Below are positions 29,516-38,694 of a DNA stretch of 64,000 nt, piece after piece. Below the pieces are notes generated by a model. That model searched no databases. It saw only the letters and a program-made list of their open reading frames with translations, and was not told where the DNA came from. This DNA is from Terriglobia bacterium (lineage in GTDB: Bacteria; Acidobacteriota; Terriglobia; 20CM-2-55-15). The stretch lies in the NCBI GenBank assembly GCA_963664115.2, contig CAXWPJ010000002.1, forward strand, positions 384,001 through 448,000, read 5' to 3'. A program made the position numbers and the translations under genes. Within the stretch, counting starts at the first letter, position 1. Each line of letters starts with the position of its first letter.

Positions 29516-30769
29516 TCAGTTTCTGCTGACTTCTACCAGCGCGACGCGATTGACAGCGCTGCAGGCCAACACCAGGTTGCCATCCGCTGTCGCCATCATG
29601 TTGCGAATGACTCCTCCGCCGGACGGGATCAGCCAAGTCTGAAACTCCTCGGTTTCAGTATCGAAGCGTACCAGCGTGTCGTCCCTCACTCCCGATTCGC
29701 TGTACCAGACGATGTTATCCACAGTGGCGATGCCATAGGGCCGGGACTCCGGACCGCTCGGGGAGGCCCATTCTCGAACTTCGCCGGTCGCAGGATCGAA
29801 GCGGCCCAAATAGCCGCGTGCGTAATCCGTATACCAAACCACATCGTCGGGGGTCAACGCGATGCGCCTGGGTCGGGCATCAGGATTCGGCAATGTGTAT
29901 TCGGTGATTTCCATTGAATCGGGATCGATGCTGCCCAAACGGTTTCCGCGAAAATCGACATACCAGGGTACGCCTTTGGAATTCACCTGGATGCCATAGG
30001 GATAGGTGTTGTCGGTGGGCGTGGCCACGACTTTCATCTCGCCTGTATCGGGTACGAGCCGTCCCACCATTCCAGACTGAAGGGTGAACCACAAGGTGCC
30101 ATTCTGGTCAAAGATGGGCGTATGAGGGCCGCGGGCTCCGGCGGGGACGATAGCGGCTTCGGGTACCGGATACTGGGTCAGGCCTCCGGTGTCCGGGTCG
30201 AGTTCCCCGATGTAGTTGTCGTTGATACCCGTAAACCAGATGTTGCCATCAGCGTCCTCCGCCAAGCCGTGGGGACCGGCGTTGCCCGGCAGCGGAAATT
30301 CCTTTGTCGCACCGGTCGTGGGATCGACGCGACCGAGTCGACTGGCCATCTGTCCCGTCCACCAAATCGAGCCGTCGGCCGCGGCGAGCGGGTCATGGGG
30401 CCGTGAGCCAAGCGTAGGAGCCAACCATTCCCGGATAGTCACTTCCACGGGTCCGGGAATAAAAACGGCCTCGGGAGCTGTCCTCACCGGGAAATTCGCC
30501 GCCAGATATTTTGCGGCCACCTCGGCACGATCACCGGGCAGCACGACCATCGAGCTGAACAAATTTTCCCAGCCCTGAGCGTTGTAACCTGTCGAGTTGG
30601 CGATCAAGTTGAGCCGGTGGCACTCGGTGCAAGCACTCTGAACAAGTTCCTGACCGGGCCCCTCAGGCAATTGGACCTGTGGTTGATCTCGCTGGGCTAG
30701 GGTCGGCGCTGGAAGAACCAAACAGAGAACCGTTACCGTCATCAAGACTAAATACACTCTCGTTCGCAT
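29516..30769 (-). CDS. Monoheme cytochrome c fused to a Vgb (virginiamycin B lyase)-like beta-propeller
   Basis: Signal peptide, LPEGPG..CTECH, repeated PH/PY/PR..D..G.IW.T..LGR.DP.TG blades. Confidence 0.85.
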   Translation of the reverse strand: MRTRVYLVLMTVTVLCLVLPAPTLAQRDQPQVQLPEGPGQELVQSACTECHRLNLIANSTGYNAQGWENLFSSMVVLPGDRAEVAAKYLAANFPVRTAPEAVFIPGPVEVTIREWLAPTLGSRPHDPLAAADGSIWWTGQMASRLGRVDPTTGATKEFPLPGNAGPHGLAEDADGNIWFTGINDNYIGELDPDTGGLTQYPVPEAAIVPAGARGPHTPIFDQNGTLWFTLQSGMVGRLVPDTGEMKVVATPTDNTYPYGIQVNSKGVPWYVDFRGNRLGSIDPDSMEITEYTLPNPDARPRRIALTPDDVVWYTDYARGYLGRFDPATGEVREWASPSGPESRPYGIATVDNIVWYSESGVRDDTLVRFDTETEEFQTWLIPSGGGVIRNMMATADGNLVLACSAVNRVALVEVSRN

Positions 30770-30901
30770 AGTTCCTACCTCAGGCAAAGACAAAATTGTC
30801 GATTCCGGGAAGAGAAGTCGTCACTATTCACAGATTAATTTTCGCCCGTCACTCTGACTGAACAACTTGAGCAGAGACCTTCCACTTTATTTAAATGATG
30901 G

Positions 30902-32228
30902 CACTAGTATCCGGAACACGGCGCGAAAGCCCGCGGCAAGTTACAGATCAACAATGAGTTGAATGGCATTCTTGGATTTTTCGATTTCAGCCTTCCGATT
31001 GCGCTTTCGCGGTAATCCAGTGATAGGGGGTGATACCAATGGCGTATGAACTCAGGCCAAACCGTCTTCTCACAAGTCATGGATTACGCACCCCGATACG
31101 AATTTCAGAAGTGTGTCGCCCGCTATCGTGGCGACTACCAGCTGCAAGGTTTTTCGTGCCGGGATCAGTTCCTTGCAATGGCATTCGCCCAGCTGACCTA
31201 TCGTGAAAGCCTCCGCGATATCGAGGCCTGTTTACGCGCCCTCGGCAGCAAGCGTTACCATATGGGATTTCGAAGCAAGGTGGCGCGGACGACACTGGCC
31301 GACGCCAACGAGCGGCGCGACTGGCGGATCTATGCGGATTTCGCACAGGTCCTGATCGGCGTGGCGCGGCCGTTATATGCCAAAGATCCCATCGGTGTCG
31401 AACTGGCTCAGGGGCTGTACGCCCTGGACTCGACGACCATTGACCTTTGTCTTTCATTATTCCCATGGGCCCGGTTTCGCCGGCACAAAGCCGCCGTCAA
31501 GATGCATACACTGCTGGATCTTCACGGAAACATTCCCGCGTTTATCCGCGTCACAGACGGGAAAGTTCATGACGTCAACATTCTCGATGAAATCGCACCC
31601 GAAGCAGGGGCCTTCTACGTCATGGATCGCGCGTATATCGATTTCGAGCGGCTCTTTCTCTTCACGCTCTGTTCCGCATTCTTTGTTGTGCGTGCCAAGA
31701 AGAACGCCGTCTTGCAGCGCCGGTACTCCCGTCCGGTGGACAAGACCACAGGGTTGCGATCCGACCAGACGGTCATTCTCACCACGATCAAGTCCGCCAA
31801 AGCCTATCCCGATCCGTTGCGGTGCATCAGCTACTTCGACGCCGAGACGAACAAGCGGTTGAAGTTCCTGACCAACAACTTCGCGTTGCCCGCGCTCACC
31901 ATCACTCAGATCTACAAGTCGCGATGGCAAGTTGAACTCTTCTTCAAATGGATCAAACAACATCTTCGGATCAAGTCCTTCTATGGCACGAGCGAGAATG
32001 CAGTCAAGACCCAGATCTGGATTGCCGTTTCCGTTTATGTCCTCGTCGCCATCATCCGCAAGCGCCTCGACATCGATAGGAGTCTTTACCAAATCCTACA
32101 GATTCTCAGCATTACCATTCTCGAAAAACAGCCCATTTTGCAGGCCTTTTGCGCGCCGAACTCCCAATTCGATGGGCTCGACGATCCTAACCAACTGGTT
32201 CTATTCGACTTCTAACCGGACACTAGTG
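30902..32228 (+). mobile_element. IS4-family insertion sequence, intact
   Basis: 13-bp IRs CACTAGTATCCGG / CCGGACACTAGTG; 9-bp direct repeat AAATGATGG at 30893-30901 and 32229-32237. Confidence 0.93.
31046..32215 (+). CDS. IS4-family transposase
   Basis: QLTYRESLRDIE, LDSTTIDL, MDRAY, YKSRWQVELFFKWIKQ (YREK motif). Confidence 0.95.
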   Translation: MNSGQTVFSQVMDYAPRYEFQKCVARYRGDYQLQGFSCRDQFLAMAFAQLTYRESLRDIEACLRALGSKRYHMGFRSKVARTTLADANERRDWRIYADFAQVLIGVARPLYAKDPIGVELAQGLYALDSTTIDLCLSLFPWARFRRHKAAVKMHTLLDLHGNIPAFIRVTDGKVHDVNILDEIAPEAGAFYVMDRAYIDFERLFLFTLCSAFFVVRAKKNAVLQRRYSRPVDKTTGLRSDQTVILTTIKSAKAYPDPLRCISYFDAETNKRLKFLTNNFALPALTITQIYKSRWQVELFFKWIKQHLRIKSFYGTSENAVKTQIWIAVSVYVLVAIIRKRLDIDRSLYQILQILSITILEKQPILQAFCAPNSQFDGLDDPNQLVLFDF

Positions 32229-32461
32229 AAATGATGGGTAAAAACTGATTGATACCACACCGCCATTGTAATGGGAACAAGTTCTTCAGACGCTGGCAAC
32301 GTCCCGATCAGAGGGTCTTGAACTTTTCAGCCAGCATCCCGCTCTCCCGCACCAGAGGGGCAGGTGAGAAAGACGCATTCCGACCCCAGGTCTGGGGTAA
32401 GATCCTGAAAATCATCCGGACCACCCATCTTTCGAGATGACCGGTAGAGAGGAGCAGGCTG

Positions 32462-33385
32462 CTGTCATACGAAGAGTCACTGGACCAGGTCAGGCAGGTT
32501 TGGGCAGAACAGGCCAACACGTGGGGGCCGGAGCGAGGCATAGACTGGTTTGAGCACCCAAGAGTGCAGGCCCGAATCAACCGGAAGATAACCGGGCGGG
32601 AAAACTCGGAGCGCTACCACCACTTCATCTATGAAGATCTCGGTGGACGCGTACCTGTCGCACGTGCCCTGACTCTGGGATGCGGCGCCGGAGATCTTGA
32701 ACGTGGACTGGCTCAGTACAATTTTTGCCGGGCCCACGACGCGCTTGATGTGTCTGAAGGCGCCATAGAGAAAGCCCGGGCACTCGCCAACGAACAGGGT
32801 TACACGCACATTCACTATCAGATGTCTGACGTCAACAAAGCGTCGCTGGAAGACAACGCGTACGATGTCGTATTCGGCATCTCGTCGATTCATCATATCG
32901 CTGAACTCGAATCCGTCTATGAGAAGGTGTATCGCGCTTTGAAACCCGAGGGTTATTTCTACATGGATGAATTCGTCGGACCGTCACAATTCCAGTGGAC
33001 GGACGCACAACTTGAAGCGGTCAACGAAATCCTGAGGCAGCTTCCCGAGCGCCTCAGGGTGCGCCGCTCGGACGGAAAAACGATCCGGAACGCTGTAGTG
33101 CGCCCGACAATTAAGCAAATGAATGCCGCGGATCCGTCCGAAGCCATCCGGTCCGCCGAGATCATTCCTCTGCTGTCAGAACACTTTCCCGACTTCGCTT
33201 TACGCGGCTATGGCGGCAACATTCTGCATCCGCTGCTGGAAGACCTTAGCGGAAATTTTGTCGAAACCGATGCCGAAGCCATGGAGTGGCTGGAGCGTAT
33301 CTTTGCTTACGAGGATGACTGGCTTCTCAAAGAAGGTGTCGGAGATAATTTCAGCGTAATCGTGGCGCGGAAGCCTCTTAAATAA
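32462..33385 (+). CDS. Class I SAM-dependent methyltransferase (probable CTG start)
   Basis: LTLGCGAGD, SSIHH, LKPEG.F..DEFVGP, DPSEAIRS; frame open upstream of 32564 to CTG codons behind GAGGAG. Confidence 0.8.
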   Translation: MSYEESLDQVRQVWAEQANTWGPERGIDWFEHPRVQARINRKITGRENSERYHHFIYEDLGGRVPVARALTLGCGAGDLERGLAQYNFCRAHDALDVSEGAIEKARALANEQGYTHIHYQMSDVNKASLEDNAYDVVFGISSIHHIAELESVYEKVYRALKPEGYFYMDEFVGPSQFQWTDAQLEAVNEILRQLPERLRVRRSDGKTIRNAVVRPTIKQMNAADPSEAIRSAEIIPLLSEHFPDFALRGYGGNILHPLLEDLSGNFVETDAEAMEWLERIFAYEDDWLLKEGVGDNFSVIVARKPLK

Positions 33386-34739
33386 CTCCAATCGCGTTCA
33401 GGAACACCAGAGTGATTGCGACAGGAACGACGAACTTCAGCAGCAACAGCCAGGTTTTGTAAAAAAACGCCAGCCGGCTGCCTTCGAGGAATTGCCGGTG
33501 ACGGATCGCGTCGTCAAGACGCCAGGCCGTAAAGACGGAAATGCCCAAGCCCCCCAAAGGCAAGATCCAGTTCGTCGCCAGATAGTCAAAAGTGTCGAAC
33601 CAGTTTCGTCCGAAGACGCCGGCGAACGACTCGCCGAAAAACGCGGTACCGCCACTGAGTGCCGACGGAATGCCCACCACTGCGATGATGCCCCCGAACA
33701 GCAATACAGCACGGTGCCTCGCCCATTTTTTTTCATCGATCAGATACGACACGGCCACTTCCAGCAGGGAGATCGCACTCGTCAGTGCCGCAAAAAACAG
33801 CAGAGCAAAAAACACGATCGAAAAGAACGTGCCCCCACCCATTTGGCTCAACGCGATCGGCATGCTCACGAATACAAGACCCGGCCCCTGGCCAGGCTCC
33901 AGGCCGAAAGTAAAGATGATGGGAAACAGAACCATGCAGGCCATGAGGGCGATCACGGTATCGAGAACAGAAACGGTGATCGCTGCAGACACGATGTCGT
34001 CGTCACGCTTGAGGTAACTGCCGTAAGTCAACATCGCGCCCATCCCGAGGCTCAAGGTGAAGAATGCGTGCCCCAGAGCTTCCAGCACTCCTGATGCAGT
34101 CAGGTTTTCAGTGTGGAAGCCGAATACAAAGTCCACGGCCTCATTGAAGCCATCCATCGTGAACGCGTTGACGAGCAGAATCACCATCAACCCGAACAGG
34201 GTCGGCATCAATATCCGCGCCCAACGCTCGATACCTTTACTGATCCCACCCCAAACCACGCCGACAGTGATAACCATGAACACTGCGTGCCAGAACAGAT
34301 TCAGACCGTTCGATGTGAACAGCTCGCCGAATACCGGACCCACCGCTTCCGGGCCGAGCCCGACAACCTGTCCCGTCAGCGACAGGTAGGTGTAGTGCAG
34401 CGCCCAGCCAGCGACAATGCTGTAGTAGGAAAGGATAACGAAAGCAGCCGCAACGCCGAGCCAGCCGACAGCAACCCAAAGTCCACCGCCGAGTTCTTTA
34501 AAGGCACCGACTGGGGACTTCTGGGTGGCTCTCCCCAGCAGTATTTCAGCGGTCATCACCGGCAATCCGACGAGAACGATACACGCCAGATAGACCAGAA
34601 CGAACGCGCCACCGCCGTTGACCCCGGTGATGTAGGGAAATTTCCAGACGTTGCCAAGTCCAACCGCCGATCCGGCAGCAGCCAGGACAAATCCGAGTCG
34701 TGATCCCCAGTGCCCTCGATCAACCAAATCTCCCTCCAT
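33378..34739 (-). CDS. Neurotransmitter:sodium symporter (NSS) family transporter
   Basis: RGHWGSRLGF..AAGSAVGLGNVWKFPY..NGGGAF; HAFFTLSLG. Confidence 0.93.
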   Translation of the reverse strand: MEGDLVDRGHWGSRLGFVLAAAGSAVGLGNVWKFPYITGVNGGGAFVLVYLACIVLVGLPVMTAEILLGRATQKSPVGAFKELGGGLWVAVGWLGVAAAFVILSYYSIVAGWALHYTYLSLTGQVVGLGPEAVGPVFGELFTSNGLNLFWHAVFMVITVGVVWGGISKGIERWARILMPTLFGLMVILLVNAFTMDGFNEAVDFVFGFHTENLTASGVLEALGHAFFTLSLGMGAMLTYGSYLKRDDDIVSAAITVSVLDTVIALMACMVLFPIIFTFGLEPGQGPGLVFVSMPIALSQMGGGTFFSIVFFALLFFAALTSAISLLEVAVSYLIDEKKWARHRAVLLFGGIIAVVGIPSALSGGTAFFGESFAGVFGRNWFDTFDYLATNWILPLGGLGISVFTAWRLDDAIRHRQFLEGSRLAFFYKTWLLLLKFVVPVAITLVFLNAIGVI

Positions 34740-34832
34740 TTTTCGCTCGCTTTAATCGATGGGGCTTATGGTAACATTCCCGCGCTAACGCACCCTGCGT
34801 TAACCAATTAGTGGAAGTCACGAGGTTCGTAT

Positions 34833-35306
34833 ATGGGCGCACCAGAAGAAAAAGACACCACAAAAAAAGTGGACGCTGTTGGAGAATCACGCTTCGTCAT
34901 GGTCCGGAGCTCGGGCCGAGGCCTTTCTCAGGAGATAATTGTCGGACCCCACCGCCTCTCGGCGGACGAACCCGAACCCCTTGGCACCGACACGGGCCCG
35001 ACACCGTATCAGCTGCTTAGCGCAGCCCTCGGAGCCTGTACGGCAATCACTCTCACAGCATATGCCCGCCATAAGGAATGGCCTCTGGAAAGCGTGACGG
35101 TGGTCCTGACCCACGGCAAGATTCATGCCCGAGACTGCGCCGACTGCGAAACCAAGGACGGCAAGGTCGATCGGATTGAACGCGCCATAGAGCTGGGCGG
35201 CCCCTTAAGCGAAGAGCAACGGGCACGCTTGTTGGAAATCGCCCAACGCTGTCCCGTGCATCGGACACTGACGTCGGAAATCAACCTACAAACCCGGCTC
35301 GTCTGA
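34833..35306 (+). CDS. OsmC/YhfA-family protein
   Basis: [26 protein letters not shown]. Confidence 0.9.
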   Translation: MGAPEEKDTTKKVDAVGESRFVMVRSSGRGLSQEIIVGPHRLSADEPEPLGTDTGPTPYQLLSAALGACTAITLTAYARHKEWPLESVTVVLTHGKIHARDCADCETKDGKVDRIERAIELGGPLSEEQRARLLEIAQRCPVHRTLTSEINLQTRLV

Positions 35307-35325
35307 CACGAATGAATTATTCGGG

Positions 35326-36033
35326 TTAAGTAAAGTCTATAGACGCCCGGAGGGTTCCGCCTCCCGGCACCTGCATGTAACGAAGCAATGAGCTGAGGAA
35401 CAGTAGTACCCCGGCCATTTCCATTCCTTCTTCCACAGCGGTAACGAGATTGTAGCTCAGAGTGTCCGCGTCAATAGGAACGCCGACCATCTCCATACCG
35501 ACCGCGCCTCCAATGTATAGAACCCCTGATATCAAGAACAGAATCCCGACCCACAGGGGAAGGTGACGCATGAATGGGACGAAGGCGAGACCGATGCAGA
35601 CGGCCGCAATCCCGCCAGGAACAGCCCAACTCATGTCGATGAGCGAGTTGATTGTCTCGTGGATACCCGCCACCTCGTCCAAAGAGAGAAACAGAAAGCC
35701 CATAGCCAAGACATACCAGTGAACAGACCAGGGGTCACGATCCACTCTCTTCCGCCGCGCGCAGAACCAGGAACACATCGCAACTATTGACAACAGGAAT
35801 CCGGAAAACCAGGTGGGAAGGTTGTTCTCTTCGTCCACGTCGAAGAGTTGTCGCCAGGGCAACCATGGCAATTCTTCCACTTGGTAGTGGAAAATCGTCA
35901 AACCGACGTGGCAGACGACAAGCACCACGGCAATGGCGGCAAGAGAGAAGACCAATCGTTGGGGAACGATAGTCACGTTGTAGCTTCTTGGAGCATCCGA
36001 ATCGGTTTGGCGTTTGCGGCTACCGTTTGTCAT
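35326..36033 (-). CDS. Uncharacterised polytopic membrane protein
   Basis: About 6 hydrophobic segments; D.DEENNLPTWFS, SLDEVAGIHE, EEGMEM; GAGGA SD. Confidence 0.75.
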   Translation of the reverse strand: MTNGSRKRQTDSDAPRSYNVTIVPQRLVFSLAAIAVVLVVCHVGLTIFHYQVEELPWLPWRQLFDVDEENNLPTWFSGFLLSIVAMCSWFCARRKRVDRDPWSVHWYVLAMGFLFLSLDEVAGIHETINSLIDMSWAVPGGIAAVCIGLAFVPFMRHLPLWVGILFLISGVLYIGGAVGMEMVGVPIDADTLSYNLVTAVEEGMEMAGVLLFLSSLLRYMQVPGGGTLRASIDFT

Positions 36034-36042
36034 CGCGTCCTC

Positions 36043-37323
36043 CTAGCTACTTTCAGCATGCTCTTCTTTTAAAACTGGGACTGTCTTTTCGTCTTCCCTG
36101 TTCGCTTGATTCGGCGCCAAATCCGTCACCTTGAGAGAAAGAAGGACGACGATGCTGGCGCACACAGCACCGGCGAAAAAAGGAACTGTGTGGCCGAGCT
36201 GCTGAAACAACAGCGTCGAGATCAGGGGCGAAACGGTGCGCGACATGCCAGCAAAGGCCTGGGCGGTGCCCATCGTCGTTCCCAGATCCGACTGTTGGGT
36301 CCATCTAGAAGTGAGTGCAGTCGTCGACGGAAAGGTGAGCGCGGTCCCGACGGATAAAAGAGACATCAGGGCCAACAATATCCAGAGCTCACCCGCGAAC
36401 CCGAAGCTTAAGAATCCAATAAACAGACTGGTTGCTCCCAAACGCATCGTCCAGATTTCGCCAAGACGATCAACGATAGGTCCAAGCAACAGAGAGCGCA
36501 TCACAACCGATAGGCTCCCCATATACAAAAAAACGTAACCGATGTTTCTCTCGGTAATCGCAAACTCGAAACCCAAATACAACGTTATGATTGATGTGAA
36601 CGACGAGAACGCCAACATTCCAAGCGCGTAAATCCAGATCAGACGTGAAACTGAACGGTTCGGGTATCGGACTACCGTCCACGCCCTGTGCCACACTGGT
36701 TGACGCTTCTTCGTCCGGCTCTCTTCGTTCGCCCCGGATGATTCCTGGAGCCATCCCCAGGCAAATACGATATTCATCGCGCACAGTGCTGCGGCGACCA
36801 GGCCGGGAGCCAATTGTCCCCAGTACGCCGCAGTCGAGCCGATGACGGGACCGATCATCACCCCCGCCGACGTCGCCGCCGAAAGCCAGCCCAGCGACCG
36901 AGTTCTATCCTCCGGTGGTACCGTATCGGCGACGTAGGCGTGCAGCACGCCAGTTGTGCCTCCACCCGCGCCCTGAATGAAGCGGGAGGCCAACAACAAC
37001 CAGAAAGAATTCGCGAACCCGAATACGACGTATGAAATCGCCGATGCAGTCAAGCCGATCAACAGGGCCGGTCGACGGCCGTAACGATCGGAAACGCGTC
37101 CCCAGAGAGGCGCCGACATCAACTGGGCCATCGAAAAAGAAGCGATAATGACACCAATCATCTGCGGAGTGATCGCCAGATCCAGAGCATAAAACGGCAG
37201 CAACGGTAAGATCATCGCGAAACCGAGCATGTCGACGAACGCCACCGCAATCAGTACCGATAGACTTCGAAACTGAGCCGATTTGGAAGATCCCGTTGTC
37301 GGTGTGTTCACTGAATTTGACAA
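36043..37323 (-). CDS. MFS transporter (DHA1/TetA-like)
   Basis: DMLGFAMILPLLP, motif A GRVSDRYGRRP, motif C GVMIGPVIG. Confidence 0.9.
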   Translation of the reverse strand: MSNSVNTPTTGSSKSAQFRSLSVLIAVAFVDMLGFAMILPLLPFYALDLAITPQMIGVIIASFSMAQLMSAPLWGRVSDRYGRRPALLIGLTASAISYVVFGFANSFWLLLASRFIQGAGGGTTGVLHAYVADTVPPEDRTRSLGWLSAATSAGVMIGPVIGSTAAYWGQLAPGLVAAALCAMNIVFAWGWLQESSGANEESRTKKRQPVWHRAWTVVRYPNRSVSRLIWIYALGMLAFSSFTSIITLYLGFEFAITERNIGYVFLYMGSLSVVMRSLLLGPIVDRLGEIWTMRLGATSLFIGFLSFGFAGELWILLALMSLLSVGTALTFPSTTALTSRWTQQSDLGTTMGTAQAFAGMSRTVSPLISTLLFQQLGHTVPFFAGAVCASIVVLLSLKVTDLAPNQANREDEKTVPVLKEEHAESS

Positions 37324-37344
37324 GAAAAGCCGGGCGTTTGAGAC

Positions 37345-38523
37345 CTATCCACCCGATACGATCGCCTCGGCCTCGATGGCAGGCGGCGTCTGATCGTCCG
37401 GATCATCGAGGTATCCATCGGGGAGAGCCACCTGCTGGCGGCCACCGCGCTTGCCCCGTTTCATTCGCATGGCCGATATTGGAAACGCTTGCTCCCTGTC
37501 AACGTCCCGAAATAGGTTCTCGAGTTCCTCAACCGTTTTCACCTGCACCATTCGATCCCGCACGAAGGAACTGAGGCTGAAACCCTTCATGTACCAAGAG
37601 GTGTGCCGGCGGAAGGCGACCATGGCCGAAAGCTCCCCGAACCAGTCGGCGAGGCGGGCGGCATGCATCAACATTGTGTCGAGTACTTCCCCGAGACCTG
37701 GAGGATCCGCGGGCTCGCACCCTCCGAAGACGTCGGCCAGGTCGCGGAAAAGCCATGGACGGCCCAGGCATCCCCGACCCACAATGACGCCGTCACATCG
37801 GGTTTGGCGCATCAAGCGAAGGGCATCGGCCCCCTCCCAGATATCTCCGTTCCCGAGAACAGGAATGCTCATCCTGGACTTGAGCTCGCCAATAGCCTCC
37901 CACTCCGCCATCCCGCAATAGAGATCCGCCGCAGTACGCGCGTGAAGGCCAACCGCAGCACAACCCTCTTCCTCCGCGATGCGGCCCGATTGCAGATAGG
38001 TCAGGTGATCCGGGTCGATCCCCAGGCGAAACTTGATCGTGACCGGCACACCTGAGGCGGACCCCACCGCAGCACGCACGATGCTCTGAAGCAAGCGGGG
38101 TTTCAGCGGAATGGCAGCGCCCCCACCCTTACGCGTCACCTTACGCACCGGACAACCGAAGTTCATATCCAGATGGTCGATCCGACCCTCCCCCACCAAT
38201 CGTTTGACCGCCTCCGATACATAGTAAGGATCCACGCCGTAAAGTTGCAGACTGCGCGGCGTCTCACCGGGCCCGAAATCGGCGAGTTTGAGTGTCTTGT
38301 CCCGTCCCTCCACCAAGGGCCGCGCACTGATCATCTCGCTCACGTACAGGCCGGCACCGAAGCTTCGGCATATGGATCGGAAGGGATAGTTGGTCACCCC
38401 GGCCATGGGAGCGAGGACCACCGGCGGCCAGATCGTGAGATTCCCGACGGCAAGGGGGCTGAATTCCCTCTGACCCGCCAGAGCTACGCCCTGATTTAAC
38501 TCGCTCTTGTAGTGCGGCTGCAT
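37345..38523 (-). CDS. dusB: tRNA dihydrouridine synthase B
   Basis: LAPMAGVT, DMNFGCP, LHART, GNGDI, VGRGCLGRPW. Confidence 0.93.
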   Translation of the reverse strand: MQPHYKSELNQGVALAGQREFSPLAVGNLTIWPPVVLAPMAGVTNYPFRSICRSFGAGLYVSEMISARPLVEGRDKTLKLADFGPGETPRSLQLYGVDPYYVSEAVKRLVGEGRIDHLDMNFGCPVRKVTRKGGGAAIPLKPRLLQSIVRAAVGSASGVPVTIKFRLGIDPDHLTYLQSGRIAEEEGCAAVGLHARTAADLYCGMAEWEAIGELKSRMSIPVLGNGDIWEGADALRLMRQTRCDGVIVGRGCLGRPWLFRDLADVFGGCEPADPPGLGEVLDTMLMHAARLADWFGELSAMVAFRRHTSWYMKGFSLSSFVRDRMVQVKTVEELENLFRDVDREQAFPISAMRMKRGKRGGRQQVALPDGYLDDPDDQTPPAIEAEAIVSGG

Positions 38524-38694
38524 TCACTCGATATTACACCATCGGGCGCGCGGGTCCCCTCAACCAACAGTCGAAGATCGAGGCCCCTCCGACCCCTGGG
38601 TCGAACAGCGATAAGGTCCTGTTGTTTCGTTGCCTTAGCCCAGGATGCACTATCGGATTGCGGGAAATAAGTCGATAAGAAGAAGTGTGTTACG

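Noticed and set aside
30902-33385. Composite transposon carrying the methyltransferase
   Set aside because: The target duplication directly flanks the single IS4 and there is no second copy
29516-37323. Antibiotic resistance calls for the Vgb-like and TetA-like genes
   Set aside because: Only family-level motifs; the Vgb-like protein is secreted and heme-fused, and MFS substrate cannot be read from sequence
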